NCBI GenBank assembly: GCA_036393435.1
Contig: DASWGW010000032.1
Span: forward strand, 1 to 32,358
From: Candidatus Limnocylindria bacterium
GTDB lineage: Bacteria; Chloroflexota; Limnocylindria; QHBO01
DNA: 32,358 nucleotides
Direction of reading: 5' to 3'
Below the pieces are notes generated by a model, which was given only the letters and a program-made list of their open reading frames with translations, did no database searches and was not told the origin of the DNA. The position numbers and the translations under genes were made by a program. Every line of letters begins with the position of its first letter. The first letter of the stretch is position 1. Below, piece by piece: positions 23,956 through 32,358 of this stretch.

Positions 23956-24933
23956 GTGAACAACGTCCAGGGGCCGGCGGAGCGTGTGATCGCCAGTGTC
24001 GAGCGCGTGATCGTCGGCAAGCACGCCGAGGTCCGGCTGGCCCTCGTGGCGCTGCTGTGCGAGGGGCACATCCTCATCGAGGACGTGCCCGGAGTCGGCA
24101 AGACGATGCTCGCCAAGGCGCTGAGCCAGTCCATCGGCTGCCAGTTCCGCCGCATCCAGTTCACCCCGGACCTGCTGCCCTCGGACGTCACCGGCCTGTC
24201 GATCTTCAACCAGAAGACCACCGAGTTCGAGTTCCGGCCCGGGCCGATCATGGCCCAGGTCGTTCTCGCCGACGAGATCAACCGGGCCACGCCCAAGACG
24301 CAGAGCGCCCTGCTCGAGTGCATGGAGGAGCGCCAGGCCACGATCGACGGCGTCACCTACCCGATGCCATCACCGTTCCTGGTGGTCGCCACCCAGAACC
24401 CGATCGAGTACGAGGGCACCTTCGCCCTGCCCGAGGCGCAGCTCGACCGCTTCATGCTCCGGTTGCGCCTCGGCTACCCGAAGCCGATGGAGGAGCTCGT
24501 CATCCTCGACGAGCAGAAGCGTCGCCACCCGCTCGCCGACGTCGGCCAGGTCCTGAGCCTCGAGGAGCTGCGCACGATGCAGGCGGCCATCAAGGAGGTC
24601 TACGTCGACCAGGCCGTGGCCGAGTACATCGTCCGCCTGGTGCACGCGACGCGCGAGCATCCGGACGTCTACCTCGGCGCGTCGCCGCGCGGCTCCCTCA
24701 ACCTGTACCGCTCGGGCCAGGCCTACGCCGCCCTGGCGGGACGCGACTACGTCATCCCGGACGACGTCAAGCAGCTCGCCGTCGCCGTGCTCTCCCATCG
24801 GCTCATCGTGAAGAGCCAAGCCTCGCTGCGCGAGGTCGACCCGGAGCAGATCGTGCGCGAGATCCTCGCATCCGTGCCGGTCGCCACGGCCGCCGCAGTC
24901 ACGTCGGAGAGCCCGCAGACCCGGATCGGCTAG
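23956..24933 (+). CDS. moxR: MoxR-family AAA+ ATPase
   Basis: GTG start with GGGGAG ~9 nt upstream. Walker [12 protein letters not shown], Walker [20 protein letters not shown], followed by the typical PEAQLDRF segment. Confidence 0.92.
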   Translation: MNNVQGPAERVIASVERVIVGKHAEVRLALVALLCEGHILIEDVPGVGKTMLAKALSQSIGCQFRRIQFTPDLLPSDVTGLSIFNQKTTEFEFRPGPIMAQVVLADEINRATPKTQSALLECMEERQATIDGVTYPMPSPFLVVATQNPIEYEGTFALPEAQLDRFMLRLRLGYPKPMEELVILDEQKRRHPLADVGQVLSLEELRTMQAAIKEVYVDQAVAEYIVRLVHATREHPDVYLGASPRGSLNLYRSGQAYAALAGRDYVIPDDVKQLAVAVLSHRLIVKSQASLREVDPEQIVREILASVPVATAAAVTSESPQTRIG

Positions 24934-24944
24934 CAGCGGATCCA

Positions 24945-26177
24945 GTGGGACTCATCAGCCGCAACCTGCGCGTCCTGTTCCTGGCGGTCGCCCTGCTCAT
25001 CGCCGCGTTCAGCACGGGGATCAGCTTCCTCTTCTTCCTCGTCTACCTGTTCGCGGCGATCGGCATCGGGTCGTGGCTCTACGCGCGACGCGGGCTGCGA
25101 GGGGTTCGCGCCGACTACCGAGTCATGAACCCGCGGACGCACGTCGGCGAGGTGCTCCAGGCGATCTACCGCATTGAGAACCACGACGGCTTCCCCAAGC
25201 CGTGGATCGAGGCCTGGAACGAGTCGACCCTGCCGACGAGCCTGCCGGGGCGCGTCGTCGGCATCCCCGCCCGCGGCACGCGCCAGTGGCTCGCGAAGGT
25301 GACGCTGACCCGGCGCGGGAGCTATCGGCTCGGTCCGCTGCGCATTCGCACCGGCGACCCTTTCGGCCTGTTCAGCAGCGAGATGACCGTCGCGCAGGCG
25401 ACGAGCGTGGTGGTCTTCCCGGAGATCGTGCCGCTGCCGAACTGGCGCCTGCCGCCCTCGCCGATCGACGGGACGACGCGAACCCGCCGCCGTTACGAGG
25501 CCGCCACGCCGCTCGTCGCGGGCGTTCGCCCCTACGTCTACGGCGACGCCATCAACCGCATCCACTGGCTCTCGAGCGCCCGCCACGGCGAGCTCCACGT
25601 GAAGGAGTTCGACCTCGAGCAGGCCGCGGACCTGTGGATCCTCCTCGACCTCGACCGTGCCGTGCATGCCGGGATCGGGACCGATGCGTCGGTCGAGACG
25701 GCCGTCACCGTGGCGGCCTCGATCGCGCTGCGGACGCTGTCGGACAACCGTTCGGTCGCCATGACCGCCTCCGCACGCCGCCTCCAGCTGCACCAGCCCG
25801 ACCGGGGGCCGCGCGTCGAGCAGAAGCTGCTCCACCTGCTCGCCAACGTCCAGGCCGATGGCACGAACCCGCTCGCCGAGGTCCTCAGCGCGACGCTGCC
25901 GCAGCTGCGGCGCGGGACGACGCTGTGCATCGTGACGGGGTCGACCGATCGCAGCTGGGTGCGCAGCCTCGCGACGCTGCGACGGCGGGGCGTGGCCGCG
26001 CTCGTCATCCTGCTGGATCGCGCGTCCTTCATCGGGGTCGACCCGGACGATCGGGCACGCGTGGAGCTGGCCGCCGTGCGACATGCCCTGGCCGAGTACG
26101 ACGTGGAGCACCGGCTGGTGCGGCGTGGCGATGACGTCGCCGACGCGATCGCCGGACGGGTTCGCGCGCGTGCCTGA
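24945..26177 (+). CDS. DUF58 domain protein (vWA-like fold; MoxR partner)
   Basis: GTG 24945 is the first in-frame start after the moxR stop; the upstream part of ORF 23889..26177 overlaps moxR out of frame. Two N-terminal TM helices and the DUF58 signature YVYGDAINRIHWLSSARHGELHVKEFD. Confidence 0.85.
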   Translation: MGLISRNLRVLFLAVALLIAAFSTGISFLFFLVYLFAAIGIGSWLYARRGLRGVRADYRVMNPRTHVGEVLQAIYRIENHDGFPKPWIEAWNESTLPTSLPGRVVGIPARGTRQWLAKVTLTRRGSYRLGPLRIRTGDPFGLFSSEMTVAQATSVVVFPEIVPLPNWRLPPSPIDGTTRTRRRYEAATPLVAGVRPYVYGDAINRIHWLSSARHGELHVKEFDLEQAADLWILLDLDRAVHAGIGTDASVETAVTVAASIALRTLSDNRSVAMTASARRLQLHQPDRGPRVEQKLLHLLANVQADGTNPLAEVLSATLPQLRRGTTLCIVTGSTDRSWVRSLATLRRRGVAALVILLDRASFIGVDPDDRARVELAAVRHALAEYDVEHRLVRRGDDVADAIAGRVRARA

Positions 26178-28458
26178 GCTGCGCGAGCGCGTGCTCTACC
26201 CGCGCCCCGGCTGGCTGAGCCTCGGGCTCATCGCTGTCATGGCGCTCGCGCTGGCCTGGTCGATCCAGGGCGCGGCGTGGCTGCCGCGGCTCGAGTACCT
26301 CGCGCCGGTGGCGCTGTACGCCGTGCTGGCCGGCGCCGTCCTCGGCGTCCTGCCGCTCAGCGTCGTCGTCACCCTCCCGCTGAGCGCCATCGTCGGCGGG
26401 CTCGTGGTGCTGTGGGCGATCGGCGGCGAGTACTTCCCGGCGCTCACGCAGGCCGGCCGCATCTTCGCCCTGCGCGACGAGCTCGCGACGTGGATCCTGG
26501 TCCTGCTGCAGACCGGCTATCCGGCCGAGCTCTCGCCGTACGCCATCGGCCTCGGCGCCCTGATGTGGGTGACCGCGTTCATGGCCTCGTACGCCGTCTA
26601 CCGGCACAACCGGGTGCTGGACGCCATCGTCCTGCTGGGGGCGGCAATCATCACGAACATGTCGGCCACGTTCACCGACCTGTTCGGCCACCTGCTGCTG
26701 TTCGTGGCCGCGGCGCTTCTGCTGTGGCTGCGCGCCTCCCTCGTCAACCGCCAGGAGGGCTGGCAGCGACGTCGGGTGAACGAGAATCTGGAGGTGCCCG
26801 CCGCGATCATGCGGTCGGGGATCATCTTCGCGGGGGGGAGCGTGGTGCTCGCCTGGGTCCTCACCAGCGTGGCGGTCGCCGCACCGCTGACCGAGGCGTG
26901 GCGCGGGTTCGACGGCGTGTGGACCGATGTCCGCGACCGGTTCGACGGCGTCTTCGGCACGCTCACGAATCCACAGTCGCGGATCACCGGCAACAGCTTC
27001 GGGTCGAGCTTCACGGTCTCCGGCGCGTGGGTCAGCAACGACGACGAGGCCCTGCTCGTCGCGGCGTCACGGCGGCTCTACATGCGAACCGCGACGTACG
27101 ACCAGTACACGGGGCGCGGGTGGACGCGCAGCGACGGGCCGCAGCGGCAGGTGGCGGCCGGCGAATCGCTGTTCCAGGTGCCGACGCCCGAGCGACCGAC
27201 CGTGGCGGCGGCCGTCCAGGTCGAGACGATCGCGGTCGAGATGCGCCAGACCATCGGCCGCAACATCTTCACCGCGGGCTCGCCGCTGGAGGTCTATGCC
27301 CCGGTGGTCGTGCACGAGTCCGGCGGGCAACCGGTGCTGGGAGGCATCTCGGCCGTGAGCGCGCTCGCCCCCGGCGAGGCCTACCAGCTCAGCGTGGCAC
27401 TGTCCGAGGCGACAGAAGCCGAGCTCGAGGCGGCGGGGACGGACTACCCGGAGGCGGTCAGGGCGCTCTACCTCGACACGTCGGGCATCTCGGCGCGGGT
27501 CCGGGACCTGGCGCTCGAGGTGACCGCCGGGACGCAGAACCCCTATCAGCAGGCCAAAGCGCTGGCCCGCTACCTGTCGCACGACCCGAGCTTCACCTAC
27601 GCCACCAGGGCTCCGGTCCCGGCGGCCGGGCAGGATCTGGTCGACTTCTTCCTGTTCGACGAGGAGGGTCGCACCGGCTACTGCCAGTACTACGCGAGCG
27701 CCATGGCGCTCATGGCACGCTCGCTGGGCCTCCCGGCACGCGTGGCGGTCGGGTTCGCGCCGGGCGAGGCCCTCGAGGACGGCACCTACCTGGTCCGCGA
27801 GGCGAACGCGCACTCATGGGTCGAGATCTACTTCCCCGGCTACGGCTGGGAGATCTTCGAGGCCACCAAGTCCATCGATCCGGGCTTCACCCGCCCCGCC
27901 GGCGACCCGGCCACCGCCGGCCGCCCGCTGCCCGGCGCCGACCCCTTCGCGCTCTTCGAGCTCGAGCCTGGCTTCGAAGGCCTCAGCGGCCTGCCCTCCT
28001 TCCAGCCGGTGCCGGGCGCGATCGACCCGACCGGCAGCACGCCGGCGGAGACGGAGGATGCGCGGCAGGGGAATGCGCTCGTCATCTTCGCGCTCGTCGC
28101 CGCCGGCGGCGTGCTGTTCTGGCTCCGCTTCCGCGGCACGCAGCGCCGATGGCGGCTGCTCCCTGCCGGCGAGCGCGCCTGGCAGCAGCTGACCCTCGCC
28201 GCCGGCCGGGCCGGCGTCGGCCCGCGCCCGTCCGACACGATCTACGAGTACGCCGGTTGGCTCGAGGACCAGCTGCCGACCCACGGTGAGCCGATTCGAA
28301 CCGTCGCGGACGGGAAGGTATGGCAGAGCTACTCCGGCCGGCGGCTGACGGCGACCGCGGTGCGGCGGCTCGAGGCCGCCATGCGCAGGCTTCGAGTGCC
28401 GCTGCTGTGGCTCGCCGTGCGCCGGCGCGTCCGCGACCTCGTCCGCCGCCGGGCCTGA
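26170..28458 (+). CDS. transglutaminase-like membrane protein (TgpA-type: polytopic N-terminus, transglutaminase core, C-terminal TM plus DUF4129-like tail)
   Basis: GTG 26170 overlaps the DUF58 stop (GTGCCTGA); ATG 26131 is an alternative. About 6 N-terminal TM helices. Cys-His-acid core GYCQYYASAMALMARSLGLPARVAVGF...AHSWVEIYFPGYGWEIFEAT. A late TM helix (ALVIFALVAAGGVLFWL). Confidence 0.85.
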   Translation: MPELRERVLYPRPGWLSLGLIAVMALALAWSIQGAAWLPRLEYLAPVALYAVLAGAVLGVLPLSVVVTLPLSAIVGGLVVLWAIGGEYFPALTQAGRIFALRDELATWILVLLQTGYPAELSPYAIGLGALMWVTAFMASYAVYRHNRVLDAIVLLGAAIITNMSATFTDLFGHLLLFVAAALLLWLRASLVNRQEGWQRRRVNENLEVPAAIMRSGIIFAGGSVVLAWVLTSVAVAAPLTEAWRGFDGVWTDVRDRFDGVFGTLTNPQSRITGNSFGSSFTVSGAWVSNDDEALLVAASRRLYMRTATYDQYTGRGWTRSDGPQRQVAAGESLFQVPTPERPTVAAAVQVETIAVEMRQTIGRNIFTAGSPLEVYAPVVVHESGGQPVLGGISAVSALAPGEAYQLSVALSEATEAELEAAGTDYPEAVRALYLDTSGISARVRDLALEVTAGTQNPYQQAKALARYLSHDPSFTYATRAPVPAAGQDLVDFFLFDEEGRTGYCQYYASAMALMARSLGLPARVAVGFAPGEALEDGTYLVREANAHSWVEIYFPGYGWEIFEATKSIDPGFTRPAGDPATAGRPLPGADPFALFELEPGFEGLSGLPSFQPVPGAIDPTGSTPAETEDARQGNALVIFALVAAGGVLFWLRFRGTQRRWRLLPAGERAWQQLTLAAGRAGVGPRPSDTIYEYAGWLEDQLPTHGEPIRTVADGKVWQSYSGRRLTATAVRRLEAAMRRLRVPLLWLAVRRRVRDLVRRRA

Positions 28459-28465
28459 CCTCGAC

Positions 28466-29137
28466 CTACAGCGCGAGCGGCCGCCCCTCCGCCTCGTCGA
28501 CGTGGGTACGCTCGCGGCCCAGCAGGTGGAGCGTGTCGTTCCAGCGCTCGAGCCTCCAGCGCGTCCGGAGGCGCAGCGCGACGCTGATCGAGGCGTTGTC
28601 CACGTCGAGCGCCCACGACCGCGTGGGTTGAAGGTCGAACAGCAGCCGGGCGATGACGCGCAGCGTCCCCCCGTGGCTGACCACGCACACCGGCCACGCT
28701 CCTGCGCCGCCCGACAGGTCGGTGAGCACCGACGAGACGCGCGCCAGGGCCGATCTCGTTGACTCGCCGCCCGGGGGCCGCCGGATCCCGCTCGCGCGTC
28801 GCCACGCCTCGTAGCGCCTCGCGTCGGTGACCGCCAGCTCGGCGTGGAGGCGCCCCTCCCACGCTCCCTGGCCGATCTCCATCAGGCGTGGCTCCGGCTC
28901 CACGACCACCCCCGCCCGCTCCGCGATGACCGTCGCCGTCTCGAGGGCCCGGCCGAGGCTCGACGAGATGACCCGCCCGGGCCGCAGGTCCGGGTCGTCC
29001 ACCAGCCGATGCGCGACCATCGCCGCCTCGCGCCGGCCGTCGTCCCCGAGCGGTGGATCGAGGTGGCCCTGGAAACGGCCCTCGCGGTTCCAGTCGGTGA
29101 TGCCGTGCCTGACGAGGATGAGCCGCTCGTCCGTCAC
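28466..29137 (-). CDS. histidine phosphatase family protein (phosphoglycerate mutase-like)
   Basis: GTG 29137 overlaps the upstream stop (GTGA). RHG motif LVRHGITDWN, and a second catalytic His in VVSHGGTLR. Confidence 0.85.
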   Translation of the reverse strand: MTDERLILVRHGITDWNREGRFQGHLDPPLGDDGRREAAMVAHRLVDDPDLRPGRVISSSLGRALETATVIAERAGVVVEPEPRLMEIGQGAWEGRLHAELAVTDARRYEAWRRASGIRRPPGGESTRSALARVSSVLTDLSGGAGAWPVCVVSHGGTLRVIARLLFDLQPTRSWALDVDNASISVALRLRTRWRLERWNDTLHLLGRERTHVDEAEGRPLAL

Positions 29138-30297
29138 GGGACGGCGACGAGCGTCGCCTCGAACGCCTGGTGCGCGGCCCGGGCGGCCGCCTCCGCATCG
29201 GCCCGGTGGCCGAACTCGGGGAGCGTCCGGCCCATGATCTCGAGCGCCCCCGCCAGCTCGGCGATGCCCACGTCGCCCATGTGCCCGAAGCGCAGGATGC
29301 GCCCGGCCCACTTTCCCTGGCCGCCGGCCACGACGAGGCCTCGCCCGCGCATCGCGGCGTTGAACGGTCCCCACTCGAGCCCGTCGGGAAGCCAGGCGGC
29401 CGTGACGGTCGCGGAGCGATGTGGCGGGGTGGCGACCAGGCGCAGGCCGAGCGCCTCGAAGCCGGCGGCAACGCCCGCGGCGACCGCGGCGTGGCGCGCC
29501 CACGTCCGCGTCGTGCCCTCCTGGCGCAGTCGCGCGACGCCGACGTGCAGCCCGTACACCACGCTGATGGCGGGCGTCCATGGCGTCTGGCCTCGCTCCG
29601 CGAAGCTCCGCGCCTCGCCGAAGTCCCAGTAGAAGCGCGGCATGCGCGCCGTCTCTCCGGCGGCGCGGGCGCGCGGCCCGACCGCGGCGATGGCGATCCC
29701 CGGCGAGGCCATCCACGCCTTCTGGCTGGCGCTCACGACGAGGTCCACGCCCCACGCGTCCATCTCGAACGGCAGGGCGCCCAGGCCGCTGATGCCGTCG
29801 ACCACGGCGAGCGGCTCACCCGGCGCCGATCGGACCGCCGCGACGAGCGCGCGCAGCGGGTTGGCGACCCCGGTCGAGGTCTCGTTGTGGGTGAGGAGCA
29901 CGGCCCGATAAGGAGCGGCGCCGGCGAGGTGCCGTGCCAGGTCGTCCGGCTCGGCCGCGGTGCCCCACTCGAAGTCGAGGCGCTCGACATCGGCTCCGAA
30001 GGCGGTCGCGATCTTCGCGAACCGGTCGCCGAATGAGCCGATGCTCACGGCCAGCACCCGGTCGCCCGGGGAGAGCGTGTTGACGACGGCCGCCTCCATG
30101 GCGCCCGTTCCGGAGCCGGTGAGCAGGAAGACCTCGGCGTCGCCACCGGCGCCGATGAGCTCGGCGATGCCCGCCGACGTCTCCCGCACCAGCGCCTCGA
30201 ACTCGGTTCCGCGGTGGTCGACCATCTGGCGCGCCTGTGCCTCGCGGACGTCCGCGGGTACCGGCGTCGGACCGGGCGTCCGGAGGTTCTGTTCCAT
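29134..30297 (-). CDS. class-V pyridoxal-phosphate aminotransferase (serine-pyruvate / alanine-glyoxylate / phosphoserine aminotransferase-like)
   Basis: ATG 30297 (MEQNLRTPGPTPVP...). GSGTGAMEAA, THNETSTG, and the PLP-lysine context VVSASQKAW. Confidence 0.85.
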   Translation of the reverse strand: MEQNLRTPGPTPVPADVREAQARQMVDHRGTEFEALVRETSAGIAELIGAGGDAEVFLLTGSGTGAMEAAVVNTLSPGDRVLAVSIGSFGDRFAKIATAFGADVERLDFEWGTAAEPDDLARHLAGAAPYRAVLLTHNETSTGVANPLRALVAAVRSAPGEPLAVVDGISGLGALPFEMDAWGVDLVVSASQKAWMASPGIAIAAVGPRARAAGETARMPRFYWDFGEARSFAERGQTPWTPAISVVYGLHVGVARLRQEGTTRTWARHAAVAAGVAAGFEALGLRLVATPPHRSATVTAAWLPDGLEWGPFNAAMRGRGLVVAGGQGKWAGRILRFGHMGDVGIAELAGALEIMGRTLPEFGHRADAEAAARAAHQAFEATLVAVP

Positions 30298-30303
30298 GGC
30301 GGC

Positions 30304-30311
30304 ATGATAAT
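30304..30311. promoter_or_regulatory. overlapping divergent -10 boxes (ATGATAAT: GATAAT on plus, TATCAT on minus) in a 20-bp intergenic region
   Basis: On the plus strand GATAAT (30306..30311) is 6 nt upstream of the rarA ATG at 30318. On the minus strand TATCAT (30309..30304) is 6 nt upstream of the aminotransferase ATG at 30297. Confidence 0.45.
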
Positions 30312-30317
30312 CGGCGC

Positions 30318-31683
<1,366 letters not shown>

Positions 31684-31691
<8 letters not shown>

Positions 31692-32010
31692 TCAGGCCCA
31701 GCTGCGAGAAGGCGACCCAGGCGGCCAGCAGCCCGAGGGCCATGAGCACCGTGAGCACCGCGATGTTGCGCAGGTCGCGCTCGACATAGTGGTACTCGGC
31801 CCGCTCGCGGATCGACAGCGTGGAGCCGACCGCGCCCGATGGCTGCACCACGCGTTGCGGCGGGTCGAGCGAGATGGCCTCCCGCGCGTCCGGGGTGCCG
31901 ACCGGAGGCACCGCCGACGCAGGCGGGGGGAGAACGACGTGCTGGAGCGGGCGCCTCACCGGGCGCTGTCGCGCCTTGCGGCTGGCTGCCTTCCCTGCTC
32001 TGCGGGGCAT
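31684..32010 (-). CDS. hypothetical small tail-anchored membrane protein
   Basis: ATG 32010 with GAGGG 5 nt upstream. Basic, Pro-rich N-terminus and a single C-terminal TM helix (IAVLTVLMALGLLAAWVAF). The 3' end overlaps the rarA stop by 8 nt. Confidence 0.5.
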
Positions 32011-32078
32011 CGGTCCCTCGTGCGTCTGCGGCTCTGGTCGGGCGCGCCGCGGTCAGGCGTGCGGGCCACGGGAGCGCC

Positions 32079-32084
32079 TATCAT
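32079..32084 (+). promoter_or_regulatory. putative -10 box (TATCAT), near-leaderless, for the last gene
   Basis: TATCAT ends 10 nt before ATG 32095, with no SD. Confidence 0.3.
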
Positions 32085-32094
32085 ACCGCCGCCC

Positions 32095-32358
32095 ATGACC
32101 GACCTCGATCGCCTGCTGGCCGACAATCTCACGGCCGCCTTCGGGTTCCTGGTCGGCCTGATGGCCATCCTGCTGATCCTCATCGTGCTCCAGACGTCCC
32201 GGCTGCGGAGGGCGGTGAAGAGCTACCGCGACCTCGTTCGCGACGACCGCGATGGCGGCAGCTCGCTCCACGAGCTGCTGGCGGCCCATGCCGACCAGAT
32301 CGCGAAGGCCCAGACGCGGATGACCGAGATGCAGGAGCTGCACGAGATCCTCATCCGC
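32095..32358 (+). CDS. DUF4446-like membrane protein (partial; runs off the window end)
   Basis: My own translation, open to the last base: MTDLDRLLADNLTAAFGFLVGLMAILLILIVLQTSRLRRAVKSYRDLVRDDRDGGSSLHELLAAHADQIAKAQTRMTEMQELHEILIR. An N-terminal TM helix followed by RLRR..., then a helical segment, resembles DUF4446. It is not in the ORF track because it has no stop within the window. Confidence 0.6.
   Translation, partial: MTDLDRLLADNLTAAFGFLVGLMAILLILIVLQTSRLRRAVKSYRDLVRDDRDGGSSLHELLAAHADQIAKAQTRMTEMQELHEILIR

Noticed and set aside
23889-24944. N-terminal 350 aa of the 762-aa ORF 23889..26177
   Set aside because: This part overlaps moxR in another frame and is Arg/Pro/Gly-rich. The DUF58 signature and the TM helices begin only after the moxR stop, so the gene was trimmed to GTG 24945.

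Overview
High-GC bacterial chromosomal window, roughly 70% G+C by eye (not computed). Gene content and order look like a deep-branching Actinomycetota- or Chloroflexota-like organism; the taxonomy is an inference. In order, the window holds: tRNA-Lys; a DUF3105 membrane protein; a holin-X-like membrane protein and a partner protein; a duplicated tRNA-Leu promoter plus 5' half; tRNA-Leu-tig-clpP; a ~4.7 kb insertion before clpX (decayed ogt-like relic, 837-aa secreted multidomain vWA protein, SARP-type regulator, intact ogt); a convergent MscS-family channel; an Ala/Glu/Pro-rich coiled-coil protein; a T-box leader plus valS; three zinc-ribbon proteins and a pseudo-receiver ParA/MinD-type ATPase next to fhaA-fhaB-rodA-pbpA, with no PP2C phosphatase or Ser/Thr kinase in the window; moxR-DUF58-transglutaminase; a histidine phosphatase; a class-V aminotransferase; rarA; a small tail-anchored membrane protein; and a partial DUF4446-like gene. 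I saw no rRNA, CRISPR array, transposase or integrase. The points most worth a second look are: (1) the zinc-ribbon/ParA-like cluster beside the kinase-less FHA-SEDS-PBP operon; (2) the clpP/clpX-splitting islet bounded by ogt and an ogt relic; (3) the tRNA-Leu promoter plus 5'-half duplication that ends at the anticodon loop; (4) a recurrent ~20-nt intergenic motif (CAAGCCAGACTGGTGCTATGACC-like); (5) a 17-bp tandem duplication that creates a 6-codon leaderless mini-ORF overlapping the clpX start; (6) many apparently leaderless genes, including a 20-bp divergent intergenic region with overlapping -10 boxes. All family assignments come from motif recognition by eye; no database search was run.
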